This document shows, in pieces, positions 38,516 to 50,634 of a DNA stretch of 64,000 nt. The stretch is from Squalus acanthias (Eukaryota), in the NCBI GenBank assembly GCA_030390025.1, contig CM059432.1, forward strand, positions 31,870,001-31,934,000. The letters run 5' to 3'. The position numbers were made by a program, and so were the translations under genes. The stretch's first letter is position 1; every line of letters begins with the position of its first letter. The notes beneath the pieces are model-generated. The model had not been told where the DNA came from. It made no database searches and was given only the letters and a program-made list of their open reading frames with translations.

Positions 38516-39800
38516 AAATAAAAACAGAAAATACTGGAAATGCTCAGCCGGTCAGGCAGCATCTGTGGCGAGAGAAACAGAGTTAACATTTCAGGTCTGT
38601 GACCTTTCGTCAGAACTGGAAAAAGTTAAAGATGTAACAGATTTTAACCAGGTGCAGAAGCGAGGAACGAACAAAGGGACGATCTGTGATAGGGTGGAAG
38701 GCAGGAGTGGTTAAATGCTGCAAATGGGAATGACAGAATCAACAACAGCTTCCGTCTGGGAAAAAATAGGGGCCGAGGTTATGGTCTGAAATTGTTGAAC
38801 GCTATGTTGAGTCCAGAAGGCGGTAAGGTGCCTAATCGAAAGATGAGGTGCTGTTCCTCGAGCTTACGTTGAGCTTCATTGGAACAGTGTAAGAGACAGA
38901 GGACAGAGGTGGGAGTGGAGCAGAGAATTAAAGTGACAGGCGACCGGAAGCTTGGGGTCACCCTTACGGACTGAACGGAGGTGTTCCGCAAAGCGGTCAC
39001 CTGCGCTTGGTCTCCCCAGTGTAGAGAAGATTGCATCGTTAGCAGCGACGACAGTAGACTAAATTGCAAGAAGTACAAGTAAATCGTTGTTTCACCTGGA
39101 GGGAGTGTTTGGGGCCCTGGACAGTGGGAAGGGAGGAGGTAAAAGGGCAGGTGTTGCATCTCCTGCGCTTGCACGGGAAGGTGCCGTGTGAAGGGGAGGG
39201 GCTGTTGGGGGTGATTGAGGAGTGGACCAGGGTGTTGCGGAGGGAGCAGTCCCTTTGGAATGCTGGGAGGGGAAAATGTGTTTGGTGGTGGGATCACGCT
39301 GGAAGTGGCGAAAATGGCGGAGGATGATCCGTTGAATGTGGAGGCTGGTGGGGTGAAAGATGAGAACAAGGGGAACCCCATCATGATTCTGGGAGGGAGG
39401 GGAAGGGGTGAGAGTAGAAGTGCAGGAAATAGAACGGACACAGTCGATGGCCATGTCAACCACGGTAGAGGGAAATCCTCAGTTGAGGAAAAAGGAAGAC
39501 ATATCAGAAGGACTAGTATGGAAGATGGCATCGTCCGAACAGATGTGGCGGAGACGGAGAAACTGGGAGAATGGAATAGAGTCCTTACAGGAAGCGGGGT
39601 GGGAGGAAGTGCAGTCCAGGTAGCTGTGGGAGTTAGTGAACTTATAATGGATGTTTGTCAATAGCCTATCCCCAGAAATGGAGACAGAGATGTTGAGGAA
39701 GGGAAGGGGAAGAGTCAGAGATGGACCATATGAAGGTGAGGGAAGGGTGGAAATTGGAAGCCGTGAATGAAATTTTCTAGTTCAGGGTGAGAGCAGGAAA
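38516..39800 (-). mobile_element. Penelope-like retroelement, 3' part (RT thumb, GIY-YIG endonuclease, terminal repeat)
   Basis: YKFTNSHSYLD..SSHPASCKDSIPFSQFLRLRHICS; VPLVLIFHPTSLHIQRIILRHF; FTC.S.NLVY...LYTGETKR (GIY-YIG); RKLEEQHLIFRLGTLPPSGLN. Hammerhead motif at 38581-38617. Confidence 0.87.
38581..38617 (-). ncRNA. Hammerhead ribozyme motif, helix III decayed
   Basis: AGTT CTGACGA A AGGTC ACA GACCT GAAA TGT T AACT. Core intact, but ACGT has become ATGT (CpG decay). Lies downstream of and co-oriented with the Penelope ORF. Confidence 0.5.
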
Positions 39801-40661
39801 AAAAATCTTTAAGGGAGATCTTTCTACTACTATATTGTGGATCAGATGAAAAGTAACCAGGAAGCTGTCTGGTTTTCACAGAAAACCTAACTGGTTCACT
39901 AATATCAGATGCCTGCCATGCTTTCCTACTCTGGCCTATATGTGACTCCAATCTCTCACCCATGTGCTTCACTCTTAACTGCCCTCTGAAGTGGCCTAGC
40001 AAGCCACTCCGTGCTGTCAAACACTGCAGTTCAAGAAGAAAGTACCACTTATTTGAGGCAACTAGGGATGGGCAATAAATTCTGGGCTTGCCAACGAGGC
40101 CTACATACTGAGATTGAATTTTTTTTTTTAAGTGACTTGTATTCTGAGTGGGTATGTGTCTTTTTTTTCCTCCTTTGCCCCACTGCACCGCTTGTTGGCT
40201 ACTATATTCTTAAGTTTGGCACTTGTTAATGCATAAGAAAATTTCAGGGTGACATTTTAATTCTCTTGTCCCACCCTCCCAAGCTCAATGTTTCCCTAGT
40301 AATCTGGCCAAAACTGAGAATTTGCTGTATGTGGGAATCAGTCACTCCCCAGTCAAATATAACTTCGGTCATTAATAAAATGATGTTTTTATTTTTGTTT
40401 CATGGCAGTTGCCATTTTGGGTCCTGCTTCCTTCTGTCAGCTACTGGGGAGAACTCCATGCTGTCCCAGTGTGCCTCTATTCATTTCATTTTTATAAGAA
40501 CTCCAGACCAGTCCTCGTCCTAACGTGGATCCTGCAGGTCTGGGGGGAAATATCTTCATCGGAGCAGATTATTAGCTACAAATTTAATTTACTACTTCTC
40601 AGCTACAACAAGTCAACTATTCAATGAAAAGTTTGCATCGAGCAGCTACAGAGGTGACATT

Positions 40662-41400
40662 GGCCCAAAAATTCGTGAGGAAGCCTTCGTGCGAGGGTAA
40701 GGCCTCCCCGCGATCTCTCACTGCGCGTTGGCTTTTTCAGTCCGAGCTCGCACGAACTTGATGTTCTGGACAGCTGCTGTGCTGGGCTTGCGTATCCCAC
40801 CGGCGTAGTTAATTCGTGCGAGCTGTGGGATCACGTGACTCAGTTAGAGCCAATGGCAGCACACCATCTTCCATTCATAACTTTCACATAAGTGCTGTGA
40901 AAGTTATGAATACTATAGCCCCCCAAAAGAACCGCTAAACCTCAATTAAATTTTTTTTAAAAACCATCACATTAATAAAATAAGTATAGTTAAATAAATT
41001 AACCATTTTAAATAAAAACTTAAATTTTTGAAAAAATTTAATCTTTTAAAAAGTTATAAAAATAAACTTACCTGTCTTTAAAGTCTCTAAAAAAGATATA
41101 CCTGTTAAAAAAAATTCAAAATAATACTTAATTCACTACTTACCTTGTTAAAAGTGGGTCTTACTCCTTTTTTTATGTGTAGAATCTTCCGTACTTATCT
41201 GCGCGTTGAAACCACTAAGTGCACAGCGTGCGCGCAGCCTGTAGCGCGCACGTGGTTCACCTAGGACCCGCCCCCTTTTCCATTCACCAAGTGCCGGTTT
41301 TCAGCGCATGCGCAGTGCATGCAGAAAACCGGCAATTGGACACAGAATACGCGAGAGTACACAGTGCGTACTCTCGCGTAGCGGGACTAATTTTTGGGCC
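40662..41400. mobile_element. PIF/Harbinger-type MITE, 739 bp
   Basis: Perfect 12-bp TIRs ggcccaaaaatt (40662-40673) / aatttttgggcc (41389-41400). 3-bp ATT flanks on both sides. CpG-rich ends with an AT-rich core. Confidence 0.78.
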
Positions 41401-41541
41401 ATTAACAAAGCAGGCTGGTTACCCCGTTTGTTTTAGAGCCAAGTTGCACCACAGTTCATTTGCTTGAGAGAGAAGTTCTTGAGTGTCAACTTGAATATAA
41501 AACCTATATATTAACTAGAATTTTTTTTAAACATTTTTCAG

Positions 41542-41607
41542 AACAAGGAATACCTTGAAGAAAAATTGCTAACTCGAGCACCTACGATAGCTGAAAGGTC
41601 AAAAAAG
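41542..41607 (+). CDS. OXSR1: OXSR1 coding exon (66 nt)
   Basis: tttttcag/GTAATT boundaries. Encodes NKEYLEEKLLTRAPTIAERSKK. Confidence 0.93.
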
Positions 41608-42961
41608 GTAATTTTTTTTTCAATCCCTTTGCTGCTAATTTCTCTTTCTCCTCTCAGGAAGGCTCTTTGCTAGGTTACAGTTCCACAGGGGATGGAATAG
41701 TGGGAGGCGGAATCCAGATGATGTGGGAAGATTTAGGAGCAGAATTTACACATTGTAATTTGCACTGTTTGGCTGAATGCTTATTTAGCATCCAATAGTG
41801 AGAGAATATAATTTATCCAACTAAAAGCGATTCCACTGTATTATAGTTCAAGTAGGTTGGTGAGAATGAGGTGTCTGAGGAGTGTAAATGCTGGAGGTGT
41901 TTCCTAAGATCTTTTCCTGTTGTAAAACATTTGCAGATATAGTTTCACGGGCCATCTTCACATCAATAACCCCATCTACTCATTAGCCAACCATACTTAC
42001 TCTTTTGCTGATGATTCCACTTTTAACTGTTTCAACCTCCTTCCGATCACAGACTGTCTCTGCCCACAGCCTCCAATCCCCTCAAGTGCACTGGCTAAAT
42101 CATTACATGATGCAATCTATTTCCATCAATTCTCCATGCTTCACTAGTTTAATCAATAGCTTCCATCTCTTACCGTTGGCTCCACCCTTCATATCTCAGT
42201 ATTCTTGATCCAATTATCCTCTTTGACCTCAAAACTCTTCCATTGTTAAAGCTGCCTTCAAAAAAAATTAGAATTCCTTTCTTGACAAAAACTTCTTAAG
42301 GACTCAACTCTCTCAAGCCCAAATCCATTCAAGACTTGAATTCTATTCTATATCTGTGGAAGCCCTTCTGATAGTTCCCTCAAGTCCAGGACAGGATGCA
42401 AGAAAAAGCTTGTTGCCATATTGGTAATCCCTCTCGCACCTCTGGACCTTATAGAAACATAGAAAATCTAGCCTGCCTTCCTCCTGTCTTAGTAGTTGTA
42501 ACCAATGACTTGTTTCTCTTCAAGATCCATTTGACCGTGAAGAGATTTCAGCTACTTGCCCCAACACTCTTCCTTGGCAAGCTATTTCAAAAATAAAAAA
42601 CGCCCTATTGGAGAGTAATGCTTTCTGATGTCCCACCCTTTTTAATTTATTCTCGTGTCCCCTTAATGTGGTATCTCATACCAATCAAATATCCTTGACT
42701 GATCTATGATATCCCTTAGCCTTATGAATTTGAATGATGCAATCATATCCCCCTCTCTTCTGTTTTCCAATAAGAAGAATCCCAGTTCTGTAAGTATATT
42801 CTCTGATCCCCTTAACATTCTAGTAGCTCTTCACGGCACTTCACCAGCCCAGCTATATGTTTCCTGGAATGAAAGTTACAGATCTGTACACAATACTCCA
42901 TGTGCATATTGACCTTTGTTTCATACAATTGCAGCATAAACTCTCTTAATCTGATATTCAC

Positions 42962-43590
42962 AGATTATAGAATAGTACAGCACAGCAGAAGGCCGTTCAA
43001 CCCATCGAATCTATGCCAGCTCTTTCGAAGAGCAATCCAGTTAGTCCCACTCCCTTGCTCTTCCCCCATATCCCTGCAATTTTTTCTCCTTCAAGTATTT
43101 ATCCAATTCCCTTTTGGAAAACTACTATTGAATCAGTTTCCACCACCCTATCAGGTAGTGCATTCCAAATCCTAACCACTCGTTGCGTTAAAAACATTTT
43201 TTTCCTTACGTTGCCTCTGGTTCTTTTGCCAATCACCTTAAATCTGTGTGCCATGTTTGTCGACCCTTCAGCCATTGGAAACAGTTTCTCTTTATTTATT
43301 CTATCTAAACCCTTCATGATTTTAAACACACCTATCAAATCTCCTCTTCGCCTTCTCTGCTCCAAGGAGAACAACCCCAGCTTCTCCAGTCTATCCATGC
43401 AACTGTAATCCCTCACCCCTGGAACCATTCTAGTAAATCTCTTCTGTACCCTCTCCAAAGCCTTCACATCATTCCTAGTGGTGCCCAGAATTGGACACAC
43501 TACTCCAGTTGGGGCCAAACTAGTGTTTTATATAGGTTTAGCATAACTTCCTGGCTTTTGTACTCTATGCCTCTATTTATAAATCTCATT
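42962..43590 (-). mobile_element. CR1 3' fragment
   Basis: LERVQKRFTRMVPG...RRRGDLIGVFKIMKG...TQRVVRIWNALP. Confidence 0.85.
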
Positions 43591-45135
43591 GATCTCATCC
43601 CCTTAACATTCTAGTAGCTCTTCTCTGCATTTTAGCCAGCTCAGCTATATTTTCCTCTTGAGAGCTACAGATCTGTATACAGTACTCCATATGCAGCTTG
43701 ATCTTTGCTTTATACAGCAATATTTGATTGGTATGAAATACCACGATTTATACAGATTTAAACTTTACCCCCCCCCCCCCCCCCCCAACAACACAATCTA
43801 TAATTAATTGCACCATTTGTTACTTTTCACATTGTTAACCATTCAAATAAGATACAACTGAGTGATCAGTCATCAAAGTGGTGACATGTTGACCAAACAG
43901 TTGGATTAAGAAATCCCTATAGGCATCAGTAGTTTGTCACCAGTTCATGCATTTATTACTCTGAGGCTCAATTTCTCTTCGTTCTCCTGGCCGGCCTCTA
44001 CACCTCAATCCTCCATAAGTTGCAACTTATTCAGAAAGCTACGGCCCACATCCTCACCTGTATAAAGTTATGCACAGCCACCACATCCAACATTTCAAGC
44101 ATCTGTTGCATCTCCGAGGTTCAGTGTATTGTCTTCAAGATCTGTGTTCTCATCCTCAGATCCCTCCCTGGTTTTTGCCCACCCTACCTCCATGATCTCC
44201 TCCAGTACATGTCCCTGTACACTTTCTCTGCTTCTCTGTCTCCAGGTTAGTCCTCATCTCTTTCAAGAATCTGTTGCATCTCCGAGCTTCAGTGCATTCT
44301 CTTCCAAAATCTCTGTTCGGCTGACGTGGCATTGGCCATGTCAATTTCTCTACTCCCCTCACTCACTCTAACCTACCCACTTCTGAACTTGCATCGCTCT
44401 GTTCTCTTGGGTCCAACCCTGACATTGTCATTAAACCTGCTGATAAGCGTGACACTGTTGCTTTTGACGAACAGACTTCTAACTTGCGTGGGCTGAACGC
44501 CAACTCTCCAGCACCACCACCTGCCTCACCCTGGACCATGACCCCACCAGTTTCCCAGACCGACACTGACCTCCTCTCCTCTGGAGATCTCCCAACCCCC
44601 ACGGCCTCTAACCTCATAGACCCCCAATCCCGCACAGCCCACTCTACCTCCTTCCCAAGATTCACAAACGGGTCTGCCCTGGTAGACCCATCATTTCAGC
44701 CTGTTCTTGCCATCAGAACGTTTTTCTTCCCATCTCGACTCCATACTTCTCCTTGTCCAGACTCTTCCAACCTATGTCTGCGACTCTTCCGATGTTCTCC
44801 ACCACTTAACAGTTTCCTGGCCCTAACAGCCTCCTTTTCACATCGACATCCAGTCCCTCTACATCTCGATTCCCCCACCAGGATGGCCTGAGGGCCCTCC
44901 GCTTCTTCCTTGAACGGACTCCAACCCATCCCCATCGATCACCACCCTCCTCCAATGCAAGAACATGTTCTTGCATGCGAACAACTTCTCCTTTGACTCC
45001 ACTCACTTCCTCCAAATAAGAGGTGTTGCTATAGGAACCCGTATGGGTCCGAGCTATGCCTGCCTTTTTGTGGGATGCGTGGAACATTCTTTGTTCCAGT
45101 CCTACTCTGGTCCCCTCCCTCGCCTCTTTTTTCCG

Positions 45136-47736
45136 TAAGAACATAAGAAATAGGAGCAGGAGTAGGCCATTCGGCCCCTCGAGCCTGCTCCGCTATTCAA
45201 TAAGATCATGGCTTCAACGCCACTTTCCTGCCCGCTCCCCATAACCCTTGACTACCCTGTTTTTCAAAAATCTGTCTTATCTCCGCCTTGAATATATTCA
45301 ATGACTCAGCCTCCACAGCTCTCTGGGGTAGAGAATTCCAAAAATTCACGACCCTCTGAGAGAAAAAATTCCTCCTCATCTCCATTTTAAATGGGCGACC
45401 CCTTATTCTGAAACTATGCCCCCTAGTTCTAGATTTCCCCCACGAGGGGAAACATCCTCTCCGCATCTACCTTGTCAAGCCCCCTCAATCTTTTATGTTT
45501 CAATAAGATCACCTCTCATTCTTCTAAACTCCAATGAGTATAGGCTCAACCTGCTCAACCTTTCCTCATAAGACAACCCCTTCAACTCAGGAATCAACCT
45601 AGTGATCCTTCTCGGAGCTGCCTCCAATATAAATATATCCCTCCTTTAAATAAGGAGACCAAAACTGTATGCAGTACTCCAGGTGTGGCCTCACCAACGC
45701 CCTGTACAGTTGTAGCAAGATTTCCCTACTTTTCTACTCCATCCCCCTTGCAATAAAGGCCAACATTCCATTTGCCTTCCTAATTAGTTGCTGTACATGC
45801 ATGCTAACTTTTTGTGTTTCATGTACGAGGACACCCAGATCCCTCTGTACTGCAGCATTCTGTAGTCTCTCTCCATTTAAATAATATTTTACTTTTTTAT
45901 TCTTCTGACCAAAATGGATAACCTCGCATTTTCCCACATTATACTCAATCTGCCAAATTTTTGCCCACTCACTTAACCTATCTATATGCCTTTGCAGACT
46001 CTTGTGTCCTCCTCACAACTTGCTTTCCCACCTATCTTTGTATCTTCAGCAAATTTGGCAACAGTAGACTCGGTCCCTTCATCCAAGTCATTAATAATTT
46101 GTAAATAGTTGAGGCCCCAGCACTGATCCCTGTGGCACCCCACTAGTTACAGTTTGCCAACCCGAAAATGACCCATTTATCCCGACTCTTTGTTTTCTGT
46201 TAGTTAGCCAATCCTCGATCCATGCTAATATATTACCCCCAACACCTTGAGCTCTTATCTTGTGCAGTAACCTTTTATGTGGCACCTTATCGAATGCCTT
46301 CTGGAAATCCAAATACAGTACATCTACTGGTTCCCCTTTATTCACCCTGCTCGTTAATCCTCAAAGAACTCTAGTAAATTTGTCAAACACTATTTCCCTT
46401 TCATAAAACCATATTGACTCTGCTTGATTGTATTATGATTTTCTAAATGTACTGCTACTACTTCCTTAATAATGGATTCCAGCATTTTCCCAATGACAGA
46501 TATTACATAGAATCTAGGAGCAGGAGTAGGCCATTTGGCCCGTCGAGCCTGCTCCACCATTCAATACGATCATGGATGATCATCCAAATCCAGTACCCTG
46601 TCCCTGCTTTAATCCCCACAGTACACATATCCCACCCTACCCCCGTAACCCCACGTATTTAATTCCCCCTAACATATCCCATCCTATCCCCATAACCCCA
46701 CATACTTAATCCCCCCCTAACACTAAGGGTCAATTTATCATAGCCAAATCAACCTACCTGGCTAACTATATTAGGCTAACTGGCCTCTAGTTTCCTGCTT
46801 TCTGTCTCCCTCCTTTCTTGAATAGGGGTGTTACATTTGCGGTTTTCCAATCCGCTGGGACCTTTCCAGAATCCATGGAATTTTGGTAGATTACAACATA
46901 CGCATCCACTATCTCTGCAGCCACTTCTTTTAAGACCCTAGTATGCAGGCCATCAGGTTCAGGGGACTTGTCAGCCTTTAGTCCCATTAGTTTGCCTAGT
47001 ACTTTTTCTCTAGTGATAGTGATTGTTTTAAGTTCCTCCCTCCCTTTTGCCCCTTGATTATCTACTATTATTGGGATGCTTTTAGTGTCTTCTACTGTGA
47101 AGACAAATACAAAATATTTGTTCAAAGTCTCTGCCATTTCCCTGTTTCCCATTATTAATTCCCCAGTCTCATCCTCTAAGGACCAATGTTTACTTTAGCT
47201 ACTCTTTTTTTACATACCTGTAGAAGCTCTTACTGTCTTTTTTTTATATTTCTTGCTAGTTTACTCTCTCAATCCATCTTCCCCCCATTTTTTTAGTCAT
47301 CCTTTGCTGGATTCTAAAAATTTCCCAATCCTCTAGCCTACCACTAATCTTCACAACATTGTATGCCTTTTCTTTCAATTTGATGCCATCCTTAACTTCA
47401 TTAGTTGGTCACGGATGGTTCATCCTTCTCGTAGAGTCTTTCCTTTTCACTGGAATATACCTTTGCTGAGAGTTATGAAATATCTCCTTAAATGTCTGCC
47501 ACTGCTTCTCTACCGTCTTACTGTTTAACCTATTTTCCCAGTCCACTTTAGCCATCTCTGTCTTCATACCTTTGTAATTGCCTTTATTTAAGTTTAAAAC
47601 ACTAGTTTCAGACCCAAGTTTCTCACCCTCAAACTGAAAGTGAATTCTATCATGCTATGATCACTCTTCCCTAGAGGATCCTTTACTATGAGATCATTAA
47701 TTAATCCTGCCTCATTACACATTACCAGATCTAAAA
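45136..47736 (-). mobile_element. CR1 LINE, 5'-truncated, nested in the Penelope RT
   Basis: taagaacataagaaataggagcagg tail. [42 protein letters not shown]. Carries its own insert at ~46506-46768. Confidence 0.9.
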
Positions 47737-47964
47737 TACATTGATGACTGTATCAGTGCCATTTCCTGCTCTTGCCCCGAACTGGAAAATTTCATCAACT
47801 TTGCTTCCAATTTCCACCCCTCCATCACCTTCATATGGTCAATCTCCTGTAAGGACTGTAGTCATTCTCCAAGTTTCTCCATATCCGTTGCATCTGTTAT
47901 GATGCCTCCTTCCATACCAGTGCTTCCAGTATGTCTTCCTTTTTTCTCATCCAAGGATTCCACT

Positions 47965-48117
47965 TCATGTTCCATCTAATTTTTTTTTGGTGCGTGGTTC
48001 CTTTGGCTGTGCAGCCCATTCAAATGTTCACGCATGCGCGGTTACTCCCATTTGGAAAAACTGGTGAGCGGCTTGCGTGGGACCTCCAGACGGCTGCGCA
48101 GCTTAACGGGAACATTG
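47965..48117. mobile_element. 153-bp hAT MITE with 8-bp TSD
   Basis: attccact duplicated at 47957-47964 and 48118-48125. Imperfect TIRs tcatgttccatctaa / ttaacgggaacattg. Confidence 0.8.
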
Positions 48118-48575
48118 ATTCCACTCCACCGTGGTTGACTGGGCCCTCAACCGTGTTTGTCCCATTTCCCGCACTTCTGTCCTCACCATGATAGGGTTCC
48201 TCTTGTCCTCACCTTCCACGCCACACGCCTCCACATTTAACGGATCATTTTCCGCCACTTCCAGCGCAATGCCACCACCAAACAAATCTTTCCCCTCCCC
48301 TTTCAGCATTCCGAAGGGGCCGTTCCCTCTGCGACACACTGGTCCACTCTTCAATCACCGCCAATGCCCTCTCTGTTCTCTGCCTCCTACACTGTTCAAT
48401 GAAGCTCGAGGAACAGCACCTCATCTTTCGATTAGGCGCTCTACAGCCTTCTGAACGCGACATTGTGTTCAACAATTTCAGATCATGACCACTGCTCCCA
48501 TTTTTTTCGGACAGCGGTGCCGGTATTGGTTCTGCTGTTGCCATTTACAGCTCCTCTAGACCCATCTTTTCATGG

Positions 48576-49090
48576 AATCATAGAAACTTACAGCACAGAA
48601 GGAGGCCATTCAACCCATCATGCCTGTGTTGGCTCTTTGAAGAGCTGTCGTGCTTAGTCCCACATCCCCACTTTTTGTCTGTAACCCTATAAGTTCCTCA
48701 TCCTTAAGTACCTGTCCAACACCCTTTTAAAATTATTTATGGAATCAGCTTCCACCACTTTTTCAGGTAGAGCGTTCCAGATCCTGCCAACTCTCTAAGT
48801 ATAAACATGTCTCCCCTCTAGATCTTTTGCCAATGATTTTAAATCTATGATCTCTGGTTATTGACCCACTCGCCAGAGGGAAGAGTTTTTCTCTATCTAC
48901 TCTATCAAAACCTCTCATCTTGGAAACCTCTATCACCTCTTAACCTTCTCTGTTCCAAAGAGAACAATCCTAACTTTTCCAACCTTCCTCATAACTGAAG
49001 TTCCTCATCCCTGGTAAAATCCTGGTAAATCTCCCCTGTGTCCTTTCTAAGGCCTTTACATCTTTTCTGAAGTGTGGTACCAAGAATTGT
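48576..49090 (-). mobile_element. CR1 3' fragment
   Basis: aatcatagaaacttacagcacagaaggaggccatt tail followed by decayed RT C-terminus. Confidence 0.8.
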
Positions 49091-49091
49091 C

Positions 49092-49382
49092 CACCGAGGC
49101 CTTGTCTGCTGTCTCAGGTGGACGTAAAACATCCACAGCACTATTCGAACAAGAGCAGGGGCGTTCTCCCCGGTGTCCTGGCCAACATTTATTCCCTCAA
49201 CCAACATCACTAAAGCAAATTATCTGGTTATTATCTCGTTGCTGTTTATGGCATTTTGCTGTGTGCAAATTGGCTGCTGCATTTCCTACATTACAACAGT
49301 GACTACACTTCAAAAGTACTTAATTGGCTGTAAAGCACTTTGGTCATCAAAGGCACTTTATAAATGCAAGTCTTTTCTTTCC
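49092..49382 (+). mobile_element. SacSINE1/DeuSINE-like SINE lacking its head
   Basis: ccgaggccttgtctg...ggtgtcctggccaacatttattcc (Deu domain) through to ttataaatgcaagtctt. Confidence 0.78.
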
Positions 49383-49762
49383 TTTCTTTGTACACTACTA
49401 TAAATGCTCTGGGTCCTCCCTTGTTTAGCGTACTTAGTTCCTTGTTAGTTCATCCGATAACACTAGGGATCAGCCTCATTGCTGTCATCATTGATAATGT
49501 GTCTGGCTGACAACCAGTGGGATCCTGATGAAATCTCTTAAACACGAGGGTAATTTATGGGTGTTTTTTTTTGGGGGGGTGTGGGGGAGGAGGGAAATCA
49601 AAAATTAAACGGTGCTGTTTTAAGAAGAGAAAAAAAATGCCTACCTTTTGCTATTAAAAGCAAAATAATCAAAGACACAACATGGGTCAACTTGGTCCCT
49701 AATTGAGAGGGTGAGATCTTAACTGTTGCTCTGAACTGACCCCCTTTGTTTGTGCTGATCAG

Positions 49763-49885
49763 GTGAGAAGGGTCCCAGGCTCCAGTGGTCGACTACACAA
49801 GACAGAAGATGGCGGCTGGGAATGGAGCGATGATGAATTGGATGAAGAGAGTGAAGAAGGGAAGGCCGCAGTGTCTCAGTTGCGG
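49763..49885 (+). CDS. OXSR1: OXSR1 coding exon (123 nt; S-motif and WEW motif)
   Basis: atcag/GTAGGA boundaries. Encodes [54 protein letters not shown] and SQLR are OXSR1-type. AGT at 49784-49786 corresponds to human S325. Confidence 0.96.
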
Positions 49886-50634
49886 GTAGGAAGACCAGTA
49901 ATATAAATGGTTCTGCTACTCACTTCATCCAGGGAAATGGGAGTACTCAATTGGAAAGGGTGGGGACTACAGGGAAAGAAAATCACACCAGACCTCTTAA
50001 GTGCATAAATTTCATGAGAAAGAGCAGACTAAGGAATTTTCCTGTTCTCTGAAATGTTTCTACTCAAGTACCTGTTTGCTAGCCATGTTATTAACACATC
50101 CCAGATCATTAATTGCAAGGATGAGTACCAGACAGTTCAGAAACAGCATATGTTTCAAATGTTTAAAAAAAAAATCAGAACCATGATCTTGGGATTACTG
50201 GTTCATTACCTTGACATCTAAAGCAGGATAAAACATTGGAATATTGCAGTTACCTCTGGAGACCCTCAATAATGGATCGATCCTTGCTCCTTCAGTGCTA
50301 TAGTCCCTAAGCTTTCAAATTCCCTCCCTGAACACCTCTCTCTTCCGGGACCTTTTCCTATGTTAAAGGTGCTACATAATTGCAAGTTGTTGATGTTAAA
50401 GGGAGTGATACAAGAGAAAGGGCAGTAATTTGAAGCCATCAAAAAATAAAGAAAGGAGCCTGTTTGCTAGTATTTCTTGGAAGATGTAACTGTACTATTC
50501 TAAGTTGCTACCTCTTGCATTCGACCCTTTTATTCTTCATTCATGTACATTTTTTGTAAGAGGGGGAAGAAATTTAATCTCATTTTTTGTGCACGCCATC
50601 TTTGGTCAAATAGGAAGGCAACTTACTCCTCAGT

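Larger units (their letters stand above)
44370..48575 (+). mobile_element. Penelope-like element (RT region to C-terminus) interrupted by a CR1 and a hAT MITE
   Basis: IVIKPADK, YLLPKIHK, DIQSLYISIPHQDG, NNFSFDSTHFLQIRGVAIGTRMGPSYACLFVG, FR|YIDDCI split at 45135/47737. C-terminal LEEQHLIFRLG near 48405-48440. Confidence 0.83.

Noticed and set aside
38779..39664. Several overlapping 120-250 aa ORFs as novel genes
   Set aside because: They are shifted or antisense frames of the decayed Penelope ORF.
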